Source: Betaproteobacteria bacterium
GTDB lineage: Bacteria; Pseudomonadota; Gammaproteobacteria; Burkholderiales; Thiobacillaceae
Assembly (NCBI GenBank): GCA_007280375.1
Contig: QYQG01000021.1
Location: 1-45,776 of the forward strand
Direction: 5' to 3'
Length of the DNA: 45,776 nt
Shown here piece by piece: positions 27,775-36,197 of the stretch. The position numbers were made by a program, and so were the translations under genes. Below the pieces are notes generated by a model. It saw only the letters and a list, made by a program, of their open reading frames with translations, did no database searches and had not been told where the DNA came from. Within the stretch, counting starts at the first letter, position 1. Every line of letters begins with the position of its first letter.

Positions 27775-28094
27775 GCGATGTGATGCGCTTGGAAAAAGAC
27801 CTTGGTGGCGGTGCGCGTCCCTGAACCCAATTTGCGGCTTAAAAAGGGTTCTGTCGTGCGGTGGGTGAGGCATTCGGCGATGTCTGGCCGGCCCTCTCGA
27901 ACAGAGGGATGTCAATGGCGTATTGCCTATGATTGGTTGGCCTATGCGTGTCAGGCTATGCGAGGCGTATAGGGGCTTGTATCAGTAATTATTATTCTTC
28001 GTATTAGAAGATTTTAATTCCCATTATGATGGCAGGGTCTTATAGTGCGCGGGCTGTCTCGTTAATCAACCGATTCTCTTACTTGGAGTTACTC

Positions 28095-29474
28095 ATGGAT
28101 CAATCTGCACGCTACGCCGACCTGTCTTTGAAAGAAGACGACCTAATCAAGGGAGATAGGCACATCCTCGTCGCTTATCACATGCAGCCCGCTACGGGTT
28201 ATGGCTATCTGGAAACGGCGGCGCACATCGCCGCCGAGTCTTCCACGGGCACCAATGTGGAGGTGTGTACCACCGATGACTTCACTAAGGGCGTGGATGC
28301 GCTGGTGTATGAGATCGACGAAGCTAAAGGCGTGATGAAGGTCGCTTATCCGATCGAGCTGTTCGACCGCAACATGATCGACGGGCGCGCCATGATCGTG
28401 TCGTTCCTGACCTTGGCGATCGGTAACAACCAAGGCCAGGGCGATGTGAAGTGCCTGAAGATGCATGACTTCTATGTGCCGTGGTCGATGCTGCGTCTGT
28501 TTGATGGCCCGTCTAAAGATATCACCGATATGTGGGACATCCTCGGTCGCCCGCGCGTCAACGGCGGCTACATCGCCGGCACCATCATCAAACCGAAACT
28601 CGGCCTGCGTCCTGAGCCGTTTGCTAAGGCGGCCTACCAGTTCTGGCTCGGTGGCGACTTCATCAAGAACGACGAGCCGCAAGGCAACCAAGTGTTCTGC
28701 CCGGCCAAGAAGGTTTACCCGCTGGTGTATGACGCGATGAAGCGCGCCATGGACGAAACCGGCCAGGCCAAGCTGTTCTCCGCCAACATCACCGCTGACG
28801 ACCACTACGAAATGCTCGCTCGTGCCGATTTCCTTCTGGAAACCTTCGGCCCGGATGCCAATAAACTGGCCTTCCTGGTCGACGGCTATGTCGGCGGCCC
28901 TGGCATGGTGACCACCGCCCGCCGTCAGTACCCGGATCAGTACCTGCACTATCACCGTGCCGGTCACGGCGCAGTCACTTCGCCTTCCGCCCTGCGTGGC
29001 TACACCGCCTTCGTGCTGTCCAAGATGTCCCGTCTGCAAGGGGCTTCCGGCATCCATGTAGGCACGATGGGTTACGGCAAGATGGAAGGCGCGGCGGACG
29101 ACCGCGACATCGCCTATATGATCGAGCGTGATTCGGCTGACGGCCCGTACTACCACCAAGAATGGCACGGCATGAAGCCGACCACCCCGATCATCTCCGG
29201 CGGCATGAACGCCTTGCGTCTGCCGGGCTTCTTCGAGAACTTGGGCCACGGTAATGTGATCAACACCTCCGGTGGTGGTTCTTACGGCCATATCGACTCC
29301 CCGGCCGCTGGCGCGATCTCCCTGCGTCAGTCCTACGAGTGCTGGAAGGCCGGCGCTGACCCGATCGAGTTCGCGAAAGAGCACAAAGAGTTTGCCCGTG
29401 CCTTCGAGTCCTTCCCGGGCGATGCCGACAAGCTCTTCCCGGGCTGGCGTGACAAGCTGGGCGTGCATAAGTAA
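28095..29474 (+). CDS. cbbM: RuBisCO form II CbbM
   Basis: I place the start at ATG 28095 (GGAG at 28085-28088). [20 protein letters not shown]... is near-identical in pattern to Thiobacillus CbbM as I recall it. Active-site motifs [29 protein letters not shown] and GKMEG are intact. Confidence 0.96.
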   Translation: MDQSARYADLSLKEDDLIKGDRHILVAYHMQPATGYGYLETAAHIAAESSTGTNVEVCTTDDFTKGVDALVYEIDEAKGVMKVAYPIELFDRNMIDGRAMIVSFLTLAIGNNQGQGDVKCLKMHDFYVPWSMLRLFDGPSKDITDMWDILGRPRVNGGYIAGTIIKPKLGLRPEPFAKAAYQFWLGGDFIKNDEPQGNQVFCPAKKVYPLVYDAMKRAMDETGQAKLFSANITADDHYEMLARADFLLETFGPDANKLAFLVDGYVGGPGMVTTARRQYPDQYLHYHRAGHGAVTSPSALRGYTAFVLSKMSRLQGASGIHVGTMGYGKMEGAADDRDIAYMIERDSADGPYYHQEWHGMKPTTPIISGGMNALRLPGFFENLGHGNVINTSGGGSYGHIDSPAAGAISLRQSYECWKAGADPIEFAKEHKEFARAFESFPGDADKLFPGWRDKLGVHK

Positions 29475-29517
29475 TTGTGTGCCAAACCATCTTAGTGTTA
29501 TGCGCTAAGCGGTAAGG

Positions 29518-29550
29518 AACGCCCCCGGTACGCTGGGGGCGTTTTTATTT
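29518..29550 (+). terminator. Intrinsic terminator/attenuator after cbbM
   Basis: aacgccccc(29518-29526)/gggggcgtt(29535-29543) forms a 9-bp stem with an 8-nt loop, followed by TTTATTT. Confidence 0.75.
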
Positions 29551-29579
29551 CCAGATTAAAACCCTCACAGGATAACGCT

Positions 29580-30380
29580 ATGAACACAGAGCAATATACG
29601 ATACAGACCGAGCCGTATTACCAGTCGCAAGGTCGCGAGGTCGCCTTGTACGAGGCCGCCTATGCCGCGCGTCTGCCGGTGATGGTCAAAGGCCCGACGG
29701 GTTGCGGTAAGTCGCGCTTCGTCGAATACATGGCGTGGAAGCTAAAGCGGCCGTTGATTACCGTGGCCTGTAACGAGGATATGACGGCCAGCGATCTGGT
29801 CGGTCGTTACCTGTTGGACGCCAATGGCACGCGCTGGCTGGACGGTCCGTTGACGACGGCCGCCCGCATCGGGGCGATTTGCTACCTCGATGAGATCGTC
29901 GAGGCGCGTCAAGATACCACGGTGGTCATCCATCCGTTGACCGACCATCGCCGCGTCTTGCCCTTGGATAAAAAGGGCGAGTTGATCGCCGCGCACCCCG
30001 ATTTTCAGTTGGTCATCTCCTACAACCCCGGCTATCAATCGTTGATGAAGGAGCTGAAACAGTCCACCAAACAGCGTTTTGTCGGGTTTGACTTCGACTA
30101 TCCCGAGGCCGAATTAGAGACGCTGATCTTGGCCAAGGAGACCGGTCTAGACGCGGCCATGGCGGGTCGCTTGGTGAAGATCGCGGGGGTTGCACGCAAC
30201 CTGAAAGGCCATGGTCTGGATGAAGGCATCTCGACGCGCTTGTTGGTCTATGCCGCGACCTTAATCAAACACGGTGTGGCGGCACAGGATGCGTGTCGTA
30301 TGGCCTTGGTGCGCCCGCTCACCGATGACGCGGACATCCGCGAGACCTTGGATCACGCCATTGATTCGACCTTTGCGTAA
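29580..30380 (+). CDS. cbbQ: RuBisCO activase CbbQ (AAA+), copy 2
   Basis: 266 aa with Walker A GPTGCGKS and Walker [10 protein letters not shown]. Highly similar to copy 1. Confidence 0.95.
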   Translation: MNTEQYTIQTEPYYQSQGREVALYEAAYAARLPVMVKGPTGCGKSRFVEYMAWKLKRPLITVACNEDMTASDLVGRYLLDANGTRWLDGPLTTAARIGAICYLDEIVEARQDTTVVIHPLTDHRRVLPLDKKGELIAAHPDFQLVISYNPGYQSLMKELKQSTKQRFVGFDFDYPEAELETLILAKETGLDAAMAGRLVKIAGVARNLKGHGLDEGISTRLLVYAATLIKHGVAAQDACRMALVRPLTDDADIRETLDHAIDSTFA

Positions 30381-30414
30381 CCCCCCCCAATGACCCGCTC
30401 AGGATAAACAGGCC

Positions 30415-32712
30415 ATGACTGAAATCCCTCTCATTGTCCCTATCGGCACGTTGCCGGTTACGGAGTATCAGCACCCGTTGATGCAGGCCTATTGGGTGCA
30501 ACTCGACACCCAGTTCAAACCGGTAGAGGAGGTGTTTGAGGCGGTGATGGAGGAGGCCTTGGCCCTCCTCACCCGCGCAGGCATTAAAGATTACCTCGAT
30601 GCGGCGCGGCTGATTGGCAAGCTGGGGCGCGGGGCCGAACCCATGTTGGCCTTCCTCGAAGCATGGCCATCGGCAGCGAGCACCTTGGGCGAGGCGGCCT
30701 TGCCCGAGATCATGGCGGTGATCGATAAAATGCAACGCTCGCCCAACAGCAAGGCGATCACCCCCTTTTTGCAAACGCTGGCGCCGGTGGCGCGCAGTGT
30801 GCAGACGCAGGCACAGATGCAGCATTACCTCGCCCTGACGCTCGACTTTATGGAGCGCACCACGGGGTCCATCCACGGCCATCACACCACCTTCCCTAGC
30901 CCTGGCCTGCCCGATTTTTTGTTACAAGCGCCGTTTTTGCTCAGCCAACTCAGCCTGGGCGGTCTGAAAAACTGGGTGGAATACGGGGTTCGCAACTACC
31001 GCAGCCACCCAGAGCGGCAGATCGATTACTTCACCGTGCAATCGGCCGACAGCCGCGCCGTCTTGCAACGCGAACGACATGGCACCCTGTTTATGGATGT
31101 CGAGCGTCGCTTAGATCTCTATCTGCGTGGCCTGTGGCAGGATAGCGATCAGCTCGTGCCCTATTCCTCGGCCTATGACGAGATCCGTAAACCGATCCCG
31201 TATTACGACAAATTGGGCTTGCGCGTCCCCGATGTGTTTGACGATAGGGCCGGGGTGACGGGCATGGATCGGTATCGCGTGGTGTTGGCGCACATGATCG
31301 GCCATCGCCGTTGGACGACCACGCAGGTGGCCGATAACTGGAGTCCGTTTCAGCGCATGGCGGTGGAATTCTTTGAAGACTGCCGCGTCGAGACCTTGCT
31401 CTGCCGCGAATATCCTGGCCTGCATCGGCTCTTGTTGGCCTTGCACCCGCACCCCGTCGAGGCGGCGTGTGACCCGTTGACGACCTCGTGTCTGCGTCAT
31501 CGGCTGGCGATGTTGTCACGCGCCTTGCTCGACCCGCAACACGGCTATCACGATGCCGATCTGCTCGATTTTACGGCCCGTTTCCATGCCCTGATGGCCG
31601 AGGGTGAGGCCAGTACTGGGGCGATTGCGACCTTGGCCTTGTCCTATGTGGCACGCACACGGCGGCAGACGGATCAACTGGCGAAGGTGCATTTTGACGA
31701 TACCGTCATCGACTACCGCGACGATAACCGGCAGATGTGGCGCTTTATCGAAGAGGATGACGAAGGCGAGATCGCCGATCAACATCGAAAAATGGACAAG
31801 AGCGAGGAGCTTAAAGGCCTGCCGCCACGCCATTATCCGGAGTGGGATTATCAAAGTCAGACCTATCGCCCCGATTGGGCCAGCGTCTATGAAGGCCTGC
31901 ACCCGTCAGGCAATGCCGGCGATATCGACAGCCTGTTGCAAAAACATGGCGCCTTGGCCAAGCGCTTGAAGAAGATGCTCGACCTGTTAAAACCGCAAGA
32001 CAAGGTGCGTATCCGCTATCAAGAAGAGGGCAGTGAGCTAGACCTTGATGTCGCCCTGCGTTCCTTGATCGACTTTAAGGGCGGCGCGCAACCGGACACC
32101 CGCATCAATATGAGCCACCGCACCGATGGACGCGATATCGCGGTGTTGCTGTTGGTGGATCTGTCCGAATCGCTGAACGAAAAGGTGGCCGGGTCGGAGC
32201 AGACGATCTTGGAGTTGTCGCAGGAGGCGGTGTCATTGCTGGCCTGGGCGATCGAACACCTAGGCGACCCATTTGCGATTGCCGGTTTTCATTCCAACAC
32301 CCGCCACGAGGTGCGTTATCAGCACATCAAGGGCTTCTCTGAGCATTTTGACGACACCGTCAAAGGCCGTCTGGCGGCGATGCAGGCGGGTTATTCGACC
32401 CGCATGGGGGCGGCGATTCGCCACGCGGCGCACTATCTGGGCGGCAAAAAAGCGGACAAGAAGTTGTTGTTGGTCCTCACCGATGGTCAGCCGGCCGATG
32501 TCGATGTCCATGATGAACGCCTACTCATCGAGGACGCGCGGCAGGCGGTGAAAGAGGTCGATCGCGAGGGCATCTTCACCTATTGCATCAACCTAGACCC
32601 GAAGGCGGACGAGTATGTCGCCGACATCTTTGGTCGTCAGTACAGCGTCATCGACAACATTCAACGCCTGCCAGAACGCCTGCCCGAGCTGTTCTTGGCC
32701 TTGACCAAGTAA
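30415..32712 (+). CDS. cbbO: RuBisCO activase adaptor CbbO (vWA), copy 2
   Basis: 765 aa with MIDAS motif LLLVDLSESLNE. The C-terminus ...RLPERLPELFLALTK parallels copy 1 (...RLPEKLPLLYAGLTR). Confidence 0.93.
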   Translation: MTEIPLIVPIGTLPVTEYQHPLMQAYWVQLDTQFKPVEEVFEAVMEEALALLTRAGIKDYLDAARLIGKLGRGAEPMLAFLEAWPSAASTLGEAALPEIMAVIDKMQRSPNSKAITPFLQTLAPVARSVQTQAQMQHYLALTLDFMERTTGSIHGHHTTFPSPGLPDFLLQAPFLLSQLSLGGLKNWVEYGVRNYRSHPERQIDYFTVQSADSRAVLQRERHGTLFMDVERRLDLYLRGLWQDSDQLVPYSSAYDEIRKPIPYYDKLGLRVPDVFDDRAGVTGMDRYRVVLAHMIGHRRWTTTQVADNWSPFQRMAVEFFEDCRVETLLCREYPGLHRLLLALHPHPVEAACDPLTTSCLRHRLAMLSRALLDPQHGYHDADLLDFTARFHALMAEGEASTGAIATLALSYVARTRRQTDQLAKVHFDDTVIDYRDDNRQMWRFIEEDDEGEIADQHRKMDKSEELKGLPPRHYPEWDYQSQTYRPDWASVYEGLHPSGNAGDIDSLLQKHGALAKRLKKMLDLLKPQDKVRIRYQEEGSELDLDVALRSLIDFKGGAQPDTRINMSHRTDGRDIAVLLLVDLSESLNEKVAGSEQTILELSQEAVSLLAWAIEHLGDPFAIAGFHSNTRHEVRYQHIKGFSEHFDDTVKGRLAAMQAGYSTRMGAAIRHAAHYLGGKKADKKLLLVLTDGQPADVDVHDERLLIEDARQAVKEVDREGIFTYCINLDPKADEYVADIFGRQYSVIDNIQRLPERLPELFLALTK

Positions 32713-32722
32713 CGATAGGGTG

Positions 32723-32770
32723 CTGCGCCCACAAAAAACCCGGCCTGAGCCGGGTTTTTTGTGGGCGCAG
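32723..32770. terminator. Long perfect hairpin, a bidirectional terminator between convergent cbbO2 and the secreted-protein gene
   Basis: ctgcgcccacaaaaaacccggc / gccgggttttttgtgggcgcag forms a 22-bp perfect stem with a 4-nt loop. T-runs are present on both strands inside the stem. Confidence 0.7.
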
Positions 32771-32774
32771 CGGT

Positions 32775-33617
32775 TTAGGAGCAGACCTGCTGTAGCGTCC
32801 ACGGCAAGAGGTCGGTGGAGTTGATCGCACTAAAGCCTGAATCGAGGATAAAGCGTATGGCCTTGGTGGTCGGGGAGGTGATGCCGAGTGCCTGGGTGGG
32901 GCAATTGAAGGAGACGATGACCATGGGTCTCTCGCCGGTCGGATAGACCTTTTTGATGGTCGGGAGGATGGAGCCTAGGCCAAAGCCTTTGCTTGCTTCG
33001 TTGAGCGGGGTGGCGGTTGGGACCTTCGCCTGAACACTGGCGTTGGCTGGGGTCTGCCACCAACCTGCAGGGGTGATCGCCTCTGTCGCGGGTGCAACGG
33101 GGGTTGCCGGGGCCATCGTGACGGTGATCGGTTGGACGATATAAGGATTGGGGCGTGGCGACCAGGGGGCCGGTGCATAAGCGATAAAAGGCTCTGCGGA
33201 GGGGGTGATCTTGACCGTCATTTCCTGTTCGTTGGGCGGTGTTTGCAGCGGGGCTTGGGTGGCGAACGGGGGCATGAATACGAAGGGCGCGATCGTGGTG
33301 GCGGTGGCGTTTACGGCATCGGGCATCGCTGCGGTCAGCGTGGATGTTGTCGCCGCGGGTGCTACTGTGGTTACGGGTGTTTTGGCTACCGTCTGTTGGG
33401 CCTCTACGCGAGGCGCTGTCTTGGCGTTTGTTTTTTTCTTGGCGGCGTTGGTTGCCGATTTCTGAGCCTTCTGTGTCTTTGCGGTGAGCGGGGCGTTCGC
33501 GGCGGGTTTGTCCGCAGCTGCAGGCTGTGTCATCGCTAAGAAGATGCAGGGCACGATGGCCATCAGCGCCCTTAGGCCGTGTGTGCGTATATTCAGGACA
33601 TTACCGAGATTTTGCAT
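32775..33617 (-). CDS. Hypothetical secreted protein with an Ala/Thr/Pro-rich low-complexity region and a Cys-containing C-terminal domain
   Basis: 280 aa with an N-terminal signal-like segment LRALMAIVPCIFLAMTQPAAA. I did not recognise a family. Confidence 0.55.
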   Translation of the reverse strand: MQNLGNVLNIRTHGLRALMAIVPCIFLAMTQPAAADKPAANAPLTAKTQKAQKSATNAAKKKTNAKTAPRVEAQQTVAKTPVTTVAPAATTSTLTAAMPDAVNATATTIAPFVFMPPFATQAPLQTPPNEQEMTVKITPSAEPFIAYAPAPWSPRPNPYIVQPITVTMAPATPVAPATEAITPAGWWQTPANASVQAKVPTATPLNEASKGFGLGSILPTIKKVYPTGERPMVIVSFNCPTQALGITSPTTKAIRFILDSGFSAINSTDLLPWTLQQVCS

Positions 33618-33879
33618 AGCCTTACCTCACATAGGTCATTTTCATGAAGGCGTACCATACGCCGGTATGCGGGTGATGTAAATAAAACTGTCACGCAGGG
33701 TTTGTGCGTGGGGGTACGCGTTGTTTTTTGTAGTTTGTTGATATGTATGTATTTTTTGTTTTTAGCCTGTTTTTGATGGGATGATTTAATCCGCGCGTAG
33801 TGCATTTTAACTATGTTATTTGTCGGGCTATCCAATTGCACGCATTTGCGGTACAAAGCTCAGGTCTAAACAAACGAGG

Positions 33880-34293
33880 ATGACGGAGATGAAACAAAAT
33901 CGGATGTCAGTGATGTGCTTGAGCGTGCTGAGCGTGATAGAGCATGTGGGTTTGATCGTGATTACCTTGGCGACCATCAGTGCGATGGCGACGGAGGTGT
34001 TGACGATCGTGGGTGCGGGCGTGGCGACCTTGGCGGATCTTTTGCTCTTGTTCTTGTATCTAGAGGTTATCGCGATGGTGGGCTTGTATTACAAGTCGGG
34101 CAAGTTGCCGGTGCGCTTCCCGATCTATATCGCGATCGTTGCCATGGCGCGCTACCTCGTCTTGGAGATGAAGACTCTGGAGACGATGCAGATCATCGGT
34201 GTGGCGGGTGCGGTCTTGTTGCTGACCTTGGCCGTCTTCGCGATCCGTTTTGGCCATGTGCGCTATCCGTATAGCGAGGATGGAAGCACATAA
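33880..34293 (+). CDS. psiE: PsiE-family (phosphate-starvation-inducible) membrane protein
   Basis: FLYLEVIAMVGLYYKSGKLPVRFPIYIAIVAMAR parallels E. coli PsiE [35 protein letters not shown]. The start is uncertain: 33880 or 33889, while the ORF track gives 33820. Confidence 0.8.
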   Translation: MTEMKQNRMSVMCLSVLSVIEHVGLIVITLATISAMATEVLTIVGAGVATLADLLLLFLYLEVIAMVGLYYKSGKLPVRFPIYIAIVAMARYLVLEMKTLETMQIIGVAGAVLLLTLAVFAIRFGHVRYPYSEDGST

Positions 34294-34331
34294 CGAAAAC
34301 ACATAACGTTCGGTTACACTGACGACGCGAG

Positions 34332-34366
34332 CAAAACCTCCTGCCTACGGGCTGGGGGTTTTGTTT
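34332..34366 (+). terminator. Probable intrinsic terminator after psiE
   Basis: aaaacctcc(34332-34340)/gggggtttt(34353-34361) forms a stem with one mismatch, followed by GTTTT. Confidence 0.5.
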
Positions 34367-34395
34367 TATGAGGTTTTAGAAAGAGGATAAAGAGA

Positions 34396-35742
34396 GTGAC
34401 TGATACTGCAACTTTGCCGCGCCCCGCACAACCTAGTCTGTTGGAGGCCTTTGGCTATTGGCTGAAACTGGGCTTCATTAGCTTTGGCGGCCCGGCCGGT
34501 CAGATCGCTATGATGCATCAGGAGTTGGTCGAAAAACGCCGCTGGATCTCCGAGCATCGTTACCTGCACGGCCTTAACTACTGCATGTTGTTGCCCGGCC
34601 CCGAGGCCATCCAACTGGCGATCTACATCAGTTGGTTGATGCACGGTGTGAAGGGCGCGTTGCTGGCGGGGGTGTTGTTCTTCCTGCCGGCGTTTGTGTT
34701 GCTTTCGGCCTTGGCGGCGGTGTACCTGAATTACGGTGATGTGCCGCTGGTGCAAGGGATCTTCTACGGCATCAAGCCGGCGGTGGTGGCGGTGGTGCTG
34801 TTCGCGGCCTGGCGTATCGGCTCGCGTGCATTGAAGAATAAGGTGTTGTGGGGCATGTCCGCCTTGGCCTTCGTCGGCATCTTTTTCTTTCAGATTGGCT
34901 TTCCGTGGATCGTGCTGGTGGCGGCCATCTTGGGCGCGCTCGGCGGAAAATGGCTGCCGGCCAAGTTCAAGGGTGGCGCGGGGCATGGCGCATCAAATAA
35001 AGAATACGGCCCGGCCTTGATCGATGACGATACGCCGACGCCGGCGCATGCGCGTTTTTCGTGGACGAAGTTTGCCGTGACGACGCTGGCCTTTGTCGTG
35101 ATCTGGGCGGTGGCGATGTGGGCCATCAGCGGTCAGCAAACGCTCACGAACATGGGCGAGTTTTTCACCAAGGCGGCCTTTCTGACCATCGGCGGGGCCT
35201 ATGCCGTGTTGCCGTATGTCTATCAGGGCGGCGTGGATCAGTTTGCATGGCTGACCGGCGCGCAAATGATGGATGGCCTCGCGCTCGGTGAGACCACGCC
35301 CGGCCCCTTGATCATGATCGTGACCTGGGTGGGCTATCTAGGCGGCGTGGCCAAGCAGGTGTTCGGGAGCACCGTCGCGGCCGGTCTGGCCGGTGCTGCG
35401 GCGGCGACTTTCTTCACCTTTTTGCCCTCGTTCTGGTTCATCTTGGCCGGTGGCCCGTGGGTGGAATCGACTCGCGGCGAGATCAAGTTTACCGCGCCGT
35501 TGACCGGCATCACCGCCGCCGTCGTCGGCGTGATCATCAACCTCGCCGTGTTCTTCGCGTGGCACACCTTTTGGCCGCAGGCGACCGAGGCCGCACCGTT
35601 TACGGGCCCGTTTGACGCGTTGTCGGTGGTGGTCGCCATCGCCGCCTTTGTTGCCTTGTGGCGCTATAAGGCGGACATCATGAAGGTCATCGGCGCGTGT
35701 GCGTTGGTGGGCCTCGCCTACACCCTAGCTTTAGGAGCTTAA
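34396..35742 (+). CDS. chrA: ChrA (chromate ion transporter, CHR) family permease
   Basis: 448 aa with a GTG start 8 nt after AAGAGGA. LEAFGYWLKLGFISFGGPAGQIAMMHQELVEKRRWISE is a classic CHR-family N-terminus, and the protein is two-domain length. Confidence 0.88.
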   Translation: MTDTATLPRPAQPSLLEAFGYWLKLGFISFGGPAGQIAMMHQELVEKRRWISEHRYLHGLNYCMLLPGPEAIQLAIYISWLMHGVKGALLAGVLFFLPAFVLLSALAAVYLNYGDVPLVQGIFYGIKPAVVAVVLFAAWRIGSRALKNKVLWGMSALAFVGIFFFQIGFPWIVLVAAILGALGGKWLPAKFKGGAGHGASNKEYGPALIDDDTPTPAHARFSWTKFAVTTLAFVVIWAVAMWAISGQQTLTNMGEFFTKAAFLTIGGAYAVLPYVYQGGVDQFAWLTGAQMMDGLALGETTPGPLIMIVTWVGYLGGVAKQVFGSTVAAGLAGAAAATFFTFLPSFWFILAGGPWVESTRGEIKFTAPLTGITAAVVGVIINLAVFFAWHTFWPQATEAAPFTGPFDALSVVVAIAAFVALWRYKADIMKVIGACALVGLAYTLALGA

Positions 35743-35744
35743 CG

Positions 35745-36059
35745 ATGGATCGCACGATTACCCCCAACACCTTGCAAACCGAGTTGGCCGGAAAATATCT
35801 TTTGGATGTGCGCCGAGCGGACGACATGAAGGCCAGCACGGAACACCTGGCCGGCGCGCATTGGCAAGACCCGACGCAGATCGCAGAGTGGGCCGACACC
35901 CTGCCTAAGGATCAAGAGATTGTGCTGTATTGCGTGCGCGGCGGCGCGGTGTCCAACAGCGTGGTCGATACCTTGCAGGCCAAGGGCTTGCGGGCGCGTT
36001 TCATTGAAGGCGGCATCGAGGGTTGGAAGGCGGCCGGCGGCACGGTGGTCAGCAAATGA
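35745..36059 (+). CDS. Single-domain rhodanese-like protein, translationally coupled to chrA
   Basis: ATG 35745 lies 2 nt after the chrA stop, with AGGAG at 35733-35737. 104 aa with the active-site loop LYCVRGGAVS. Confidence 0.85.
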   Translation: MDRTITPNTLQTELAGKYLLDVRRADDMKASTEHLAGAHWQDPTQIAEWADTLPKDQEIVLYCVRGGAVSNSVVDTLQAKGLRARFIEGGIEGWKAAGGTVVSK

Positions 36060-36155
36060 AAGACTCTATGTGGTTTGTAATGGGTAAACCACGCCGTCCA
36101 TGGCCTATAAAGAAGGCGGTAAAGGCTGCTGTTGGCGGGCTGGTGAATAGCGCTG

Positions 36156-36178
36156 TTCGCGGGCAAGCCCGCTCCTAC
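36156..36178. repeat. REP-type palindromic element, copy A
   Basis: TTCGCGGGCAAGCCCGCTCCTAC contains the internal palindrome GCGGGC-aa-GCCCGC. It is the exact reverse complement of 38862-38884. Confidence 0.85.
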
Positions 36179-36197
36179 GGGTGAATAACGGCTATTT

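Noticed and set aside
28026-28094. Upstream ATG extension of cbbM. A similar GTG extension applies to SulP copy 3 (41806-41853).
   Set aside because: The conserved form II N-terminus [10 protein letters not shown] starts at 28095 with a GGAG SD. For the SulP gene, the conserved MNGFSRYLPF start at 41854 matches the family N-terminus.
30381-30388. C8 homopolymer between cbbQ2 and cbbO2
   Set aside because: It is intergenic and not within a coding frame or an obvious promoter spacer. I noted it only as a possible sequencing-error hotspot.
33676-33694. Pho-box-like sequence ATGTAAATAAAACTGTCAC upstream of psiE
   Set aside because: Only the second half-site (AAAACTGTCAC) matches the E. coli consensus. 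The first half matches about 4 of 7 positions with off spacing, and the site is ~190 nt from the start codon. This is too weak to call.
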